From positions 14,260,001 through 14,324,000 of the forward strand of contig CM052831.1 of NCBI GenBank assembly GCA_028534125.1: DNA of 64,000 nucleotides, in the 5' to 3' direction. Below are positions 41,216 to 55,990 of the stretch, piece by piece. The notes below the pieces were generated by a model that did no database searches, had not been told where the DNA came from, and saw nothing but the letters and a program-made list of their open reading frames with translations. Source of the stretch: Lama glama. Taxonomy: Eukaryota. How positions within the stretch are numbered: the first letter of the stretch is position 1; each line of letters begins with the position of its first letter. The position numbers were made by a program, and so were the translations under genes.

Positions 41216-42349
41216 TAAAGTATTTGCTCATATAGGAGGTAGGGCTTGGAACACAGATACTGCTATTTCCTTGGCAAGGGCATAAAAGAGTTTAATTATC
41301 TTAATAGAAGGCTCTGTGGATATGATAGCTAGCGTATACTCTGGCAGAAAGAACAGGGTTTCAATCATCCATATTTAAAAAGTCTCTCAAAACTCTTCAA
41401 ATCTTTATGGGATTCAGATTTTCAGACGCTCCCTTCAGAGCATTTATTAAATATGTGTTTATGTGTTAAAATATGTATGAAAGGAGTGATTGTCTCCTTT
41501 GTCGATTTGCTTGGCCTTGTAATCTGGATTCCGTAAGAGAGGCTGAGGATATTAACATGGGAGCAAGGTTAGAATTGTAATCACTTGTCACGGAGATAAG
41601 TTGAAATCCAAGATAGATGCTCTTGTCAGAAGTTAGTGCCCTGATGTAGCACGGCACCGTGGCAGTGCCTGGAGAGCTGGGACATGCTTCTCTTGATGCA
41701 CAGTTGCTAAGGAAAGAGCAGTAATACCCATTTTCATTCCTCTGGGAGAGCTAAAGCAGGTGTAGCAACTGTTTTAATAGAGGGTAGGGGGCACTCTGGA
41801 ATTTATTGCAAAAAGAGCCAATCTGTCCATCTGTCTTGGAGTTTGAAAAGTCAGATACGTTGACATCCCTTTCTAGAACTGCTGCTGGAGTGCATTCTTA
41901 TATCAGGCCTTTCTTTTATTATTGTTTTCCTATTATAGGGGACAAAGTTTGCTTTGGGATAGAGATACAGATTTGTGATAATAGGCTTCATCTCTGTATT
42001 TTAAAAGCTGGAGAGAATTTTAGCGCATACTGTCTTGGTTTAATTCTCAATGAAGACTTAAAAGTTCATTAAAATAAATATGGCTTTATAGATATTAAAA
42101 AGCATCCTGGAAATCCAGGGTATACTAAAAATTATTTTAGTGCTCGGAACGTGGCCCATGTAATCTCTAAGTCAAAACCAGGGTGTTTTGTATTTTAATT
42201 AATTTGTGATACTGCTTAGTGAAGTTGGTGGTATATGTACAGGAAGATAAAACTGCTTACTTACTTGAAGGGAATGTACCAATTAGCTATGATTTCCTTG
42301 AAACTAACACATAATTTCCTTGTAAATGGAATAAAACTGAAAGTTAACC

Positions 42350-42570
42350 GTCAGGCAGGCTCTGGGTTTAATTCCTAGCACCTCCACTTACTCTCTGAAT
42401 GTCCTTGGACATGTTGCCTACTTCTTCTAAACCTCAGTGTCTCCATCTCTAAAATGGGGGTAATAATTGGGCCTGTCATTGGGTCGTGAGGATGAAATGA
42501 AATAGTCCACGTGATAATCACCTAGCACAATCCTTGGCACATTGTCTGATCAAGAAATGGTGGTTGTTCA
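42350..42570 (+). mobile_element. MIR SINE
   Basis: ctgggtttaattcctagc...acctcagtgtctccatctctaaaatgggggtaataat...gtgaggatgaaatga...cctagcacaatccttggcac. Confidence 0.78.
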
Positions 42571-43838
42571 TAGATTAAGAAAGACAACCAAAGGAGGAAA
42601 ATTCAGTGGGCTCGAATAGGCATTTGCATACTTAGTGTTCATTTTTGAAACACTTCAAGTTAAGCTTCAATCCAAATCAGATTTGCTTACAAATATTCAA
42701 AAAATAGCAAAGGAATGATAGGAGAAAATTAATAGGAGTTCTACTTAGATGTGTATTGAGTGATCGTTATACCTCATCAAGTCTTGAAAATGGCAGAAAT
42801 ATTAAAATTGTTTGAGAATAGAATCTGATCTGCCTAGAAAACTCTGGCTACCAAAAGCACCCAAGAACCTGAAGGCGAGCCTCTGCACAATTCAGTAATT
42901 ACAATCACTTTAATTACAAGGAAACGTTCTTTTTGGTATCCTGTTTATGATTTCCCCATGGCCCGCGCAATCTTCTGATTTCCCACAGTCTCTCCATAAA
43001 ATTAATTACAATGAACAATAGGAAGTTTTTCTTTTTTTCTTTTTTTAAAGAACAAATACACATGTTTATGGAACTTCTGGCAAACAGGTTGTAGTCTCTT
43101 AGTCCTTTGTACTGACACCGGGGGCGCACTTAGATTCATCACTTTGGTTGCACTAGTTAACTGCAACTAATAATATGCTCTTAACACTGTGCTAACAGTA
43201 ATAAATCCATGCCACCAAGAAAAAAATATGCTCATCATTTTTTGAGCAGCTTTTATGTGCCAGGCACGAGCCCAAACACTTACTTCCCACATAACCTTTG
43301 TGCCCATTTTCTTAGATCTTTCTGTTATCTCACTCAGGCAGTTTGGGTCGCAAAGCCCGTCAGTCTGACTGTAGAATCTGACCTCGTGACCGTGATGCTG
43401 AACTGCCTCCCGCCAAGCTTGAAACACACCACCTGCTCCCCCACCTTAGAGAGCCACAAGGCTCACCGGCGCAGTTGAGGGCCCTGAAGAGTCCACAGGA
43501 AAAATAAAACGCAGTCACACGAAAACCTTTCTCTCTGTTTCACCCATATTTCTCACCCTTATTTAAGCACAGGTTACTGTTCCCTCAGAATCTGGAGCAA
43601 CGCTTGATCAAACAGATGTGGGTGGCGTCGTCCTAAAGCATGAACGAGATTCATGTTGTCGTTCGCTGGATCTGGTTCCGTTTTCTTACTCATCTTATGC
43701 CTTAGCTGCCAAAATTAAGCTCTAGGGCTAGAATCGAACCTGTTAAAACCATACTGCAACTTCCTCATTTTGCAGAGAGTTTAGATAACTTATACAAGTT
43801 CCCACAGTAATAATTACAAAGTAGAAGTAGTCGCAAGG

Positions 43839-43951
43839 TGAGGGCGTGGTATAGCTCAGTTGGTGGAGCACATGCTTAGCATGCACAAGGTGCTGGCTTC
43901 AATCCTGGTACCAATCCTGATACCTCCATTAAAACAATTTAAAAAAAAAAA
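43839..43951 (+). mobile_element. tRNA-Ala-derived SINE variant / tRNA retrocopy with A-tail
   Basis: ggtatagctcagttggtggagcacatgcttagcatgcacaaggtgctggcttcaatcc...cctccattaaaacaattt plus poly(A). Imperfect TSD (aagtagtcgcaagg / aaatagtagcaagg). Confidence 0.82.
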
Positions 43952-45455
43952 TAGTAGCAAGGACCATAGCTGCAGTAAGTGTGAACTGAGTGCCTCTACT
44001 GTATGTCAGGGTCTGTGCTAAACCTTTCATATACTTTTATCCAGGAACATGGAATTACTGTCATCACCCTCTTCTATCAGATGAGGAAAATAAGGCACAC
44101 AGCTAGTGAGGGGGCGGGAAGGGATCTGAACCTGGATTTGAGTCTCCAGCCCATGTTTTTTAACAACTTTGTGTAATGAAGATAGAATAACAGGAAGCCA
44201 GCCCCAAGCTGAGTGATAACCTCAGAAATTAAAGGAAGATAGACCACACGTCATCGGAATTAGTGGGATGTCTTGTCACCCAAGACTGCAGTGGAGGGAT
44301 GTAGTCCAGGTATCCCGGATGGGAATACTCACCATGCACTTCCCATAGGAACTGTGTTGTACGTGGTGGGGAGACACATGAATTCCACAAACATCAGAGC
44401 GCCTACTGTAAACTATAGGACTTCTCAAAAACTCTAGACTTCATGGCACACTATGAATTAACTGGGCATCTGTAGGCCAGTCTTAGAATTTCACCACCAC
44501 ATTTAGCATTTTCTTGATTAAAAAATTTGTGCTAAGTTCCAAACTGTCAACCTAAAAATAAATATTGAAAGTTTAACTCACTCATAGTTGTTTACTATCT
44601 GCCTTAATCGTAATGGAGAAATAATTAGTGAAAGAACATATAACCATTACTATGTGGATGATTACATTTTCATATATGCATGTTGGTTTACAGTCTATAG
44701 GCATGTTCACGAGTGTTTTCATATCCTGGATCTCCAAACTGTCAAGAGATTAATGAAGTTGTTTATGAATATATTTAGTGGAGAAGAAAGTCAATTTACA
44801 TAAGAATGTAATCATATTCATTACATTAGGATGGCTTCCTGATTTATACGACTGAGATTTACAAACTCTGGCTCTAACTAATGAAGTTTTAAAATGAACT
44901 TTTCATGAGTGATATTAGATGAGATCTCACGGTAATTTCACATCTTCAGTTGTGCTTCATTTAAAAGCCTTGGCGAAAGAAAGTAGATGTTGTGTGCGTG
45001 TGTGTATTTAGCAAGATCTTAGCACACTTTTGGTTTTAATATTCACATGAGAAAATCAAGCAGACTCACTCCGCATAGCTGATAAATTGCAGGGCACATT
45101 AGCAGAGACATTTATTATCAGCCTGTAGAATTCTGGGAAATAGTCCTGTTGGGGCACAGTATTTTGATGGGACTGTCCTTTTTAAGTGGTGAGAGGAGTG
45201 AGAGGCACCTACCTTCGCTACAATTTTAGAGGAGTATTTTCTTAGGCAAACTCTTTATTTCATTTATGGAGATGTCTGGTTGGGAGGAGGGTAATGAGGG
45301 TGTACGTGGCTCACATCATAGAACATCTTAGAATGGTCCTTGGTCTTGTTTAGAAATTCAAGTCAGAACTGTTGGAAGTGGTGACAGAGAAGCCAGACGT
45401 CATTCAGATGTGGGGCTTGTGCACACCTCCTGGTTTGACGACGTCTCCTCTGTAG

Positions 45456-45629
<174 letters not shown>

Positions 45630-45717
45630 TAACTCCTTGATTGGACAAGACTCCTCCTTGATTCTTTCTCAGTCTCCCCACGGGTTGCTCTTATATTTAT
45701 TTCTCTCTCTTTGGCAG

Positions 45718-45778
45718 GAATACCACCAAACCAAAGCCGGAATCTCAGTTTGAGTTCAAAGCACCCCAGGCAACACAG
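45718..45778 (+). CDS. MAGI1: MAGI1 exon (R)NTTKPKPESQFEFKAPQATQ
   Basis: ttggcAG acceptor ending 45717, GTGAGG donor at 45779, 61 nt, phase 2 to 0. Preceding intron is only 134 nt. Confidence 0.95.
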
Positions 45779-46740
45779 GTGAGGGCCGTTTCTCTTTTTC
45801 CCTTGTTTGCTTTTTACATTTCCTTCCAACTTTCTGAAGCTATTTTTACCAGATACCTTTTCTAAGATACTTTCAATTAAAATAAATAACCTTTTGTGAG
45901 GGGGATATACTAAATATGTACTCACATTTGGTGGTCAAGGAAATGACATTTTACTACCTTTGAAAAATATTCCTAGACATCCTTTTCTAGGGAGGGGGAA
46001 AAAAACAAAATAAAAAACTATAATTATCTCAAGGATTGGTGATCAGAGAAAGAGCAGAACTACCTGTTCATGGTCTTCACAAAGGCATTTATGTCAAGAG
46101 CATGTCTTTTTGTTGAGGTGTTTATTAGACTTGTGAATTTCAGATAAGACCCATAATTCTACCTCCCTGTCCCCCAAGGTGGTAACAGAGGGCACCCAAG
46201 CGATAGCAGGCAAAACAAATTTGGGAAATGTTGGGTGATACCGAGTTAAATCGATTCCTTGGTAGCTGGTCTTCTCAGAGCCTTCCCTCACCCACTCCTC
46301 ATTCTCCTCATCCAGGATGGGAACCACTCCCTGGACGTGTGGAAGTTGTTGGTATCCCAATGATGGGTCCTGCTGGCATTTTGGTGGGGCAGCATTCTTA
46401 GGGCGTGGGGCAGGGAAGCTGAACACCCAGCAACGTACCTGGTAGTATCCTAGTGGAGGATTTTCCTGCTGCAAATGCGAGTCGCAGCCTCACTGATTGA
46501 ATTTTAATGTGTGCCCGTCGGTGTGTATGTGCGCACGTTCCTGCGTGTTTTCACATACTGAAGCTCCGGCTCTTAAGCTTAATGGATATTAATAAACAAT
46601 TGAGAACCATCAAGAAGGGGATGAAGATGGTGCCTTTTTTGTCAAATGAGCTTAATTGAGAAGAAGAAGAATTGGAGGAGATAGAAATGTGTGTGGATTT
46701 ACGTTCTCCCAGAATGACTGCACTTAATTTCTTCAAATAG

Positions 46741-46914
<174 letters not shown>

Positions 46915-48349
46915 TGAATAAGTCAGCTGCAGTGACTGCTTACGTCTTATGGTGGAATCTACAGCTTTCAGGACACTCTTAGCTGCATGACCCGCACCCT
47001 GGCGTGAATGTCTTCCTTGATCATTGGTCGTTGTAACTGGTGAAGTTAGGTGAGCTTTTCCAGTTCTGAGGATGAAGGAAGGATTAAAATGACTTATAAA
47101 CTTCTTAAAGTAGATACTTTCTGAATCCCCTTTCCATAGTTCGTATACTTAATCTCAGGGGACAGCACTTCATAGGAGTTCCTGGGAATACCAGCGTTCT
47201 TAGAGAGCCAGAAGGCTGGGTAGTTCTGTAGGTGCTGGGTGGAGAGCTCCATTCAGTCTCTAGTTTGTCACCAGCCGCCTTCCTCTGGCCTCAGCAATAG
47301 CAGAGATGCCATTAGCAGAGAGCCAACAACTCCATGGCGTAAATATTCAGAGTTGGCCGATAGTAGTTAAAGCTGCAAATTTTAAATGCACTCATGCCAG
47401 AAGTCCGCTCTGTTCTGTTCACATATCTTACATCTCTTACCACGTATGAATATGTTGCTCTTCTGGGCACCTCAAATGATTGAAAGAAGAAGAAAACATC
47501 TGCTCACTAAAGATACGGAACATAGATGGAGACATACACATAGGGAGCAATTTGCTATGGATTGAAAGAAATAGAGAGTCAGGTCAGGAAAGGAAAAAAG
47601 CGAATAAAATTAGTCCTGAGCAGAAAGAGGGGGAAAAGTCACCAAAGGTGGAGAACTTAACACTTAGAACTTAAGACAGAATCTTGAATTTTAAGTTTCT
47701 TCAGACTGAATTTTTTAATGAGCTTTCTTTTTTTTTTTTTTAAGTTGAGGAAGTAGACCATGAATGTGGTTTTTTAAAAATAGAGAAAAATAGTGCATAG
47801 TAAAAATATCATTTCCAGGGTCAAACTATATACCAGTTCCTTATATGCATACACATGCACAATCTGCATATACAAGGGAATATGTACAGTGATGTACTCC
47901 TTTTTTAAAAAATTTCAAATACATGGGATATGCTTTTCAATATCTTTAGTCACTTAACATGTTGATCACCCACTGTGGATTGGGTGTTAAAAAAGTCTCT
48001 GACTGAATGAAATACTGTTATGATATTTTGTATGATGTATAATTCACAAGACACATTGACATGCAGTATTTGATTGGACCTGCTCAGCTTGGTAGGCATG
48101 AGTTGTCATAACCTCCACTTGTACGGATGAGGAAGTGAACACCAAAAAGGCAGAGGACTTGGAAAAGATCACTCAGCTAAGAAGTGGTGCAGGACTCAGA
48201 TCCAGTGCTTTAAACTTCAAAGCCAGTGCTTTTTCTCATCTGCCTTCCAGAGTATGTGCTCCATGAGCCCAGCGATCTTGCCTGTCTTCTTCACTCCTTT
48301 ATCTTCAGTGCCTAGAACATCAGCTGACACATAGTGAATGCTGCAGCCA

Positions 48350-48738
48350 GTGTATCAGCCAGGAGTTTAGTCTCATCTCAAAGGCTCGTCTGGGGAATGT
48401 TTTGCCTTGAAGCTCACTTATAGGATTGTTGGCTGGGTTCAGTGCATCCTGGGCTCTTGGCCCAAATCCTTCCTCATTTCTTCATTGTGGATGCTGTAGG
48501 ACAGCTCCCAGCCTGCATCAGAATGAACAAATGAGAGAAGAAAAGAGGGCCAGTAAGACAGAAGCTGGTATTATTTTGTAAGCTTATCCTTGAATTGACC
48601 TTCAGTCCCATTTGCCATACTGTTTGTTAGAAGCAAGTGACTAATTCCAGCGCACACTGAAAGGAAGAGAGATTACACAGGATGTGAGTTCACGGAAGCA
48701 GGGACCATGGGGAGCCATTCTAAATGCTGTCAGCCACA
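48350..48738. mobile_element. MLT1-family (ERVL-MaLR) LTR remnant
   Basis: gttagaagcaagtgactaattccagcgcacactgaaaggaagagagattacacagg...ggggagccattctaaatgctgtcagccaca resembles an MLT1 terminus. Confidence 0.7.
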
Positions 48739-48962
48739 TCTCCCTTCCCTCAAATGTTCACATTCCCCTCTTCTTTCTTTTTTTCCTTAGCACTTGCATG
48801 GTCCAGTAAGCCTGCACTTTTATAAGTTTCCTGTTGTCTTTCCCCCATTAGAATATTGTCTGCATGAGGACAGGGATATGGGGCTTTTTTTTTCACTGCT
48901 GTCTTCTAAACAATGGAAGATCTTTCTGGAATACGTTTCATAAATGGTTGGCGAATGAATAA

Positions 48963-49188
<226 letters not shown>

Positions 49189-50614
49189 NNNNNNNNNNNN
49201 NNNNNNNNNNNNNNNNNNNNNNNNNNNNNNNNNNNNNNNNNNNNNNNNNNNNNNNNNNNNNNNNNNNNNNNNNNNNNNNNNNNNNNNNNNNNNNNNNNNN
49301 NNNNNNNNNNNNNNNNNNNNNNNNNNNNNNNNNNNNNNNNNNNNNNNNNNNNNNNNNNNNNNNNNNNNNNNNNNNNNNNNNNNNNNNNNNNNNNNNNNNN
49401 NGATCTCTGTAGCCCCCTTTCTGATAATCAGAGAGAACATTTTGTCTAGTCCGACCAAGAGCGAAGGAATGTTTGTTTGAACTGTGCCAAACTGTTTCTC
49501 AGATCCAATTGTTAGCACAAAATGACTAAACGCCTTTTACAAAGCAGGAAAGCAGGTTTCCTGAGTGATATATTGAGGCACAATTCTTTTTTTTTTTTCC
49601 TCTTTCTCTTTTTTGGTTAATTGATGTCTTAATTTAAGAGGCGTGAAATTTGGAGATGATTTGGGGGCCTTGCTCACCTCCTTGATGCTCTGTATACAGT
49701 ACGTCTGCATCCCCCCTACTGGTCCCTACCCCAAATCAGACCACCTGAGCCCACTACTACAAAACAAACAAAACTGTTGATATATTAGCCATACATTTTT
49801 AGGTGATAAAGGATGAAATAGCTTCCCAGTGCTCATCATGAGGGAAACACGTCACTATACCTTTCCTGTGAGGAAAGCCAGCTTATACATAGAGCTCCTT
49901 TGTCATATCCATAGACANNNNNNNNNNNNNNNNNNNNNNNNNNNNNNNNNNNNNNNNNNNNNNNNNNNNNNNNNNNNNNNNNNNNNNNNNNNNNNNNNNN
50001 NNNNNNNNNNNNNNNNNNNNNNNNNNNNNNNNNNNNNNNNNNNNNNNNNNNNNNNNNNGGGCTCTTCGTCCCAACCAAAGGTCTACAGAAGTTTCTATAG
50101 AAACTGTGATTGAATGACCCCCATATACGTTGGTCCCCTTTATTAGGGATTTATCTGTTATCACCCTCTTTTCCGAAAGTCATTCCGCACAATTCCCAGT
50201 TGCATTTTGGACTTGATGAGACCCTTAATTCAGATGCAGCTCAAGGAGGATGACTTCTTTGAAGGACAGCCTTCCCAGGTGTTGGACATTCCTGCAGGTG
50301 CACAATCCGAGGGGCCCGAGGTGGGGGATGAGCAGGTAGCAGACGAGGCCCCTTTAAACTTGGCCAACCACAGGGGAGGTATTCTGACATGAAGATGCCG
50401 CAGCTGTGCACTATACTAAACCTTGACCGTAGGTGTATCTATGCCACTGAAACTGTGTAACGTTGTCTCCCCTTTCTGTCTCCCCTATGCTTCTCTGTTG
50501 GATGTGGTATTTCATTTGAGAGTCATCGTCAGTAACCTGTGTACCTTCTCAAAACCTCTGTCTGTTGCACTGAGGATGAAAAATCCAACACTAACCAATG
50601 TTCTTTGGGCTAAA

Positions 50615-50620
50615 AATAAA
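50615..50620 (+). promoter_or_regulatory. Candidate intronic polyadenylation signal AATAAA (second candidate at 51091-51096)
   Basis: AATAAA read directly, in the intron after the PDZ5 exon. Function inferred from the recalled short MAGI1 isoform. Confidence 0.4.
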
Positions 50621-51690
50621 GATCGTTTAAATACACTGTTTTCCAAGAAGGGTGGAACTTGCCAGGGTTGTGCTGCTGTAATGTCACCATGTGTCACTGG
50701 GACTCAGTCNNNNNNNNNNNNNNNNNNNNNNNNNNNNNNNNNNNNNNNNNNNNNNNNNNNNNNNNNNNNNNNNNNNNNNNNNNNNNNNNNNNNNNNNNNN
50801 NNNNNNNNNNNNNNNNNNNNNNNNNNNNNNNNNNNNNNNNNNNNNNNNNNNNNNNNNGAGGGGCGGGGGGAGGGAGGGAACTCTGTTCTTCTGTTGTTGA
50901 TTGTTAATGCTCTCCTATGCCAGCCTGTCATTGTTCCAGTTGTTTGAAAAACAAAAAAGAAAAAGAAAAAAGGATGCATCCATTGTCTGGGTTCTCGAGT
51001 CACCTTATCTGGCTGTCTGAAAGCGTCACGGTTCTGATGTCGGTCTCTGCAGCCTTATTTGAGTGTTGCCTTAGACTGTCTGACTGGACAAATAAACTCT
51101 CTTTGCCCTATGTTAACAAATNNNNNNNNNNNNNNNNNNNNNNNNNNNNNNNNNNNNNNNNNNNNNNNNNNNNNNNNNNNNNNNNNNNNNNNNNNNNNNN
51201 NNNNNNNNNNNNNNNNNNNNNNNNNNNNNNNNNNNNNNNNNNNNNNNNNNNNNNNNNNNNNNNNNNNNNNNNNNNNNNNNNNNNNNNNNNNNNNNNNNNN
51301 NNNNNNNNNNNNNNNNNNNNNNNNNNNNNNNNNNNNNNNNNNNNNNNNNNNNNNNNNNNNNNNNNNNNNNNNNNNNNNNNNNNNNNNNNNNNNNNNNNNN
51401 NNNNNTATGTTTGGCATTCATTCTGAGCACCCTGCGTTCTTGGAATTGTAAGTACACCGCTGACCCTGTGCAAGTCTTACTCTCCCTTCTTTTCCAAGTA
51501 GGTGTAAGAGGCCCTAGTTAGACGTAGGAGAGTCAGGGAAGCCCCTCTCCTCACCCGGATCTTAAAATGACTTCCTAAGCATTCAGCAGTGCCTACTTAG
51601 CATTCAGAAAGAACAAACCTCAGATCACAAAGCTTTCACCTAGAGGGATAGGACTTTGCTAGACAGGAAGAGGAGATTTCCTGCTCAGGC

Positions 51691-51913
51691 CATGATCTCT
51701 TGACAAACGACAGCCCCCAGGCCAGATCTCGTCCACAGCCTGTTTTTATCAGCCAGGTTTTATTGGCACACAGCCATGCCCGTTTCTTCTATGTGTTGTC
51801 CATGGTTGCTTTTGCCCTATAGTGGCAGAGTTAAACAGTTGTGATCAACTCTGCAACCTGCAAAACCATAAAAACTTCCTCTTTGGCCTTTTTTGGAAAT
51901 TTCCCGACCCCTG
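51691..51913 (+). mobile_element. MER58A-like hAT-Charlie DNA transposon fossil
   Basis: gcctgtttttatc...ttttattggcacacagccatgccc...gtccatggttgcttttgc...gcagagtt...ccgacccctg. Confidence 0.8.
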
Positions 51914-52616
51914 CTCTAGGCTACATTTCTGCTTTTGTTAAAACCCACCCTAAGTTTTGGGAGGTCATTTGTCAAAGAGATGATTTGCTTAATGTTGACC
52001 CTGTTGGCTCATGGAAGATGCTTAAAGGGCACCCATGACCCCTTGGTCTCTGACTGTGGCCCTGGGTTTGCCCTGCATGCTACAGCACGTCATTTCAGGT
52101 GCCTTGCCTGGGATGGGGTCATGTGTATGACTCACTGGGTTTAAGTGGGACAAAGCATCCCTGTTTGGAAGAGAGATCTCATAAATCCCAGATGCTACCT
52201 AAAACATTTGCAGTGTCATTTCAAATAGTGTAACAATAAATAGGAGCCCTCAGGAGCTGCTCTGCTTTTTAGTCTACAGATGTCTTGACGTAAGAAGCCA
52301 TCCAGTGACCCCATGGCTCATAGATGTAATGATGGCAGCTTCTGTAGCATCAAGAAAAGCACCTCTATCTAAACCGCACACAATATCAAATGTGTACCTG
52401 ACAACCTCTCTTCCACTCCTTTTTATCTGTCAGAAGACTCCATGTTTTAAAAATAGTTCCTTAAACTTACGCAGAAGTAAAGAAAATAGTTGAACCACAT
52501 TCACAAAGGTAGAGAGAATGTTTAATGAACCCTCACATAATGTCACATTTACCTCTCATCAACACCTGGCCTTGTTGCCTCTATAATACCCCTGGCTCAC
52601 CAGCCCAGATGGTTTG

Positions 52617-52760
52617 CTTTTTTTTTTTTAATAGAAGTATACTTTGCATACAGTAAAATGCATAAAGCCTGAGAGTACAGTGCCGTGAATTTTTACCTCT
52701 GTGTAATCCCCACCCAGATCAAAACATAAGTTGATTCCATTCCCCCAGAAAGTTTTCTCC
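52617..52760 (-). mobile_element. Old L1M 3' end
   Basis: Poly(T) then aatagaagtatactttgcatacagtaaaatgcataaag...cccacccagatcaaa...ccccagaaagttt. Confidence 0.65.
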
Positions 52761-53147
52761 AGGTCAATAGCCCAGATTATTTTTAAGCAAATTAAAACAA
52801 ATATTCTTTAAAGAAAAGAATATGTTCTGTCATGGGGCGGGGGAAGGGGTGGGCAGGGGCCGAAGGGGTGGGGAAAGGAGCAGGAGTTAGTTCAGGGTGG
52901 GGAACGTTTTGATCCTTCTAGACAGACGGTTTGGGGTGTGCCTTTAAAAACCAAACTCCTGACACGGATGTTACAAGTTCTTTAATCATCCTCGAGTATA
53001 AAGAACAGTAGGCTAGCTTAGCTGCTGAAAGCCACGAGGACTAGTTTTTAACCCTGACTCGTTGCAGTAAATTAAAATTAAATTAACCCAAGATGCAGTT
53101 GGCTTTGATTCTGACCGCTTTAACAGTTGTCTGTTTGTTGTGACTAA

Positions 53148-53984
<837 letters not shown>

Positions 53985-55990
53985 GACTCACATTCCAGCC
54001 TTTACCGTGTCAAAGGTTCTAAGAAGAAGCTCACAAACCTGAAATAATTTAGTTTCTTACCTAATGAAGCATCTGACGCCTAATGATCCTATGACTAGCC
54101 ACAAACATTTTATGCATTTGAAATCTTATAAGAAAAAAAATATATATATGAAAAGTGTTGTGCCTGATGTATAATATTAAAGAAAGTATTTTTAAATGCA
54201 TACTTTTTTTGGAAATTATTTGCCAAATGCTGCCCCAAAGGGATATACATTTTCTTTCTACGTAAACTGTAGAATTGTTAAGAGTTGTTCCCTTTTGAGG
54301 GGCGATCTTTTCCTCTCTGGTTAAATGGGGCTGTTGATCATTTTCTCTACGTAAGGAAAATTATTAAGGTTAATTAATATAGACTGTTATGTAGTGATGT
54401 AGTGCTATCCTGTAGTTAGGAGTTTTTCTTGGGGGAAAAAAAGAGCAAAAAGGCAAAAGTTATATTTGTAAAAGCTGAGGACTCTTTGGAATGGATTAGG
54501 ATTGCTGATGATCCTAAAATTAAGCAAGCTGTATGAAGAGACTACTATTGCAAATGAAGGATATTTATCGCTAAACTACACAGCACAAAGAAATGTTATG
54601 TTCTCAAGTTAGAGCTGGTGCAGAAAACAGTTTGTACTCTCCCTGGCCATAGAAAGGCACAGAAAGGAGAAGGTTGGCCGCCAGTATCCAAATGCAGCCC
54701 AAGCACAGATGGTCAGGGTCATTAGCATTACCAACATCTATTAAGATCTCATTAAGGCAGTGCCATCACAGCTTTGCTCAGCTACTAGGAGGAATGGACA
54801 GCAAACACCTTCTGTGTTGTCTTGCCTGATCTGAGGCTGAATAGTGGATGGGATGTGGGACAGTGTGCCTGGTGTGAGAGAGCCATTAGACTCCCCAGTA
54901 CAGAAAGTATGTTCCCCCTTGTTAGCATAAGCCTGCGGTTGCCCTTTGCCAAGTTGGGGAGAAGGGCATAAGCCTTGGTGGAAGGAACCTCTCTTGATAT
55001 TTAAAGAAGGGTTGGGCATGCTCATTCTTAGAAATGCCAATTTTTGTTTGAAACCGTAACGAAAGTCTCCAAGATGATTGAAAGGGACAGAAGGATGTGA
55101 CTTCTAGATCTAGTTGGCAAACCTCTACCTTTGTGACCTTGTCCTTTAATTCTTTGGATAGAACAAAGCATAGTGAGTTTTTCTTTGAAAACAGACCCAT
55201 TCTTTTGCTATTCCACAGGAGGTTTGGTTGGGTCGGCTGTAGCCCCGGAATGTGGTTGAAATGGATCACTGCCTAGCTGAGCCAAAACGTTTGCTTGTAC
55301 CTGTTGGACCACTACAGCAAACCGCTGCTTATGACGCATTGTGTATTTCCGTAGTACTGTTTTGCATTTTCCATACAGACACGAAACTTTGCAAGTCAAT
55401 CACTGTTGTTCTCATGGTACTGTTAAAAAGAAAAAAAAAGAAAAAGAAAAAAATAGAGAAAACCAGCCGATTATCATGTATACAGAGTTAAAAATTGTAA
55501 TTAATAGAGCCTGTTTAAAAAAAAAGAAACAACTGTTGCCTTTTTTCTTGTATAAAAGAGAATTTATGACAAAAAATTTAGCTGTGAGGAATGTGATATG
55601 TGTTTATATTTGAATATGGAACAAACCGATTCATTGGGATATATTTTACTGTAAGCTAAATCAGGTATGTAAAGTTGTTTTAAAATGGGGGACTATATAA
55701 GTAATTCTCTAAAGCTTTAGTTAGTTTGAATATCATCGTTTCCTCCATGGTGAACCTGCCTGTGAATTATTAATATTAAGCACTTGTTTGCATTCTCTGT
55801 TCTCCATTCATTTCTTGCCATGTGCTATGGACTTATGCNNNNNNNNNNNNNNNNNNNNNNNNNNNNNNNNNNNNNNNNNNNNNNNNNNNNNNNNNNNNNN
55901 NNNNNNNNNNNNNNNNNNNNNNNNNNNNNNNNNNNNNNNNNNNNNNNNNNNNNNNNNNNNNNNNNNNNNNNNNNNNNNNNNNNNNNNNNN
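53985..55990 (+). other. MAGI1: MAGI1 3'UTR (end uncertain)
   Basis: AU-rich sequence without recognisable repeats after the stop. The main poly(A) signal is not visible and may lie in Ns 55839-55994. ATTAAA at 54176 and AATAAA at 56280 are alternatives. Confidence 0.7.

Noticed and set aside
55425-55460. A-rich tract as a possible transcript end
   Set aside because: Genomic A-run without an upstream canonical signal; a likely oligo-dT internal-priming site
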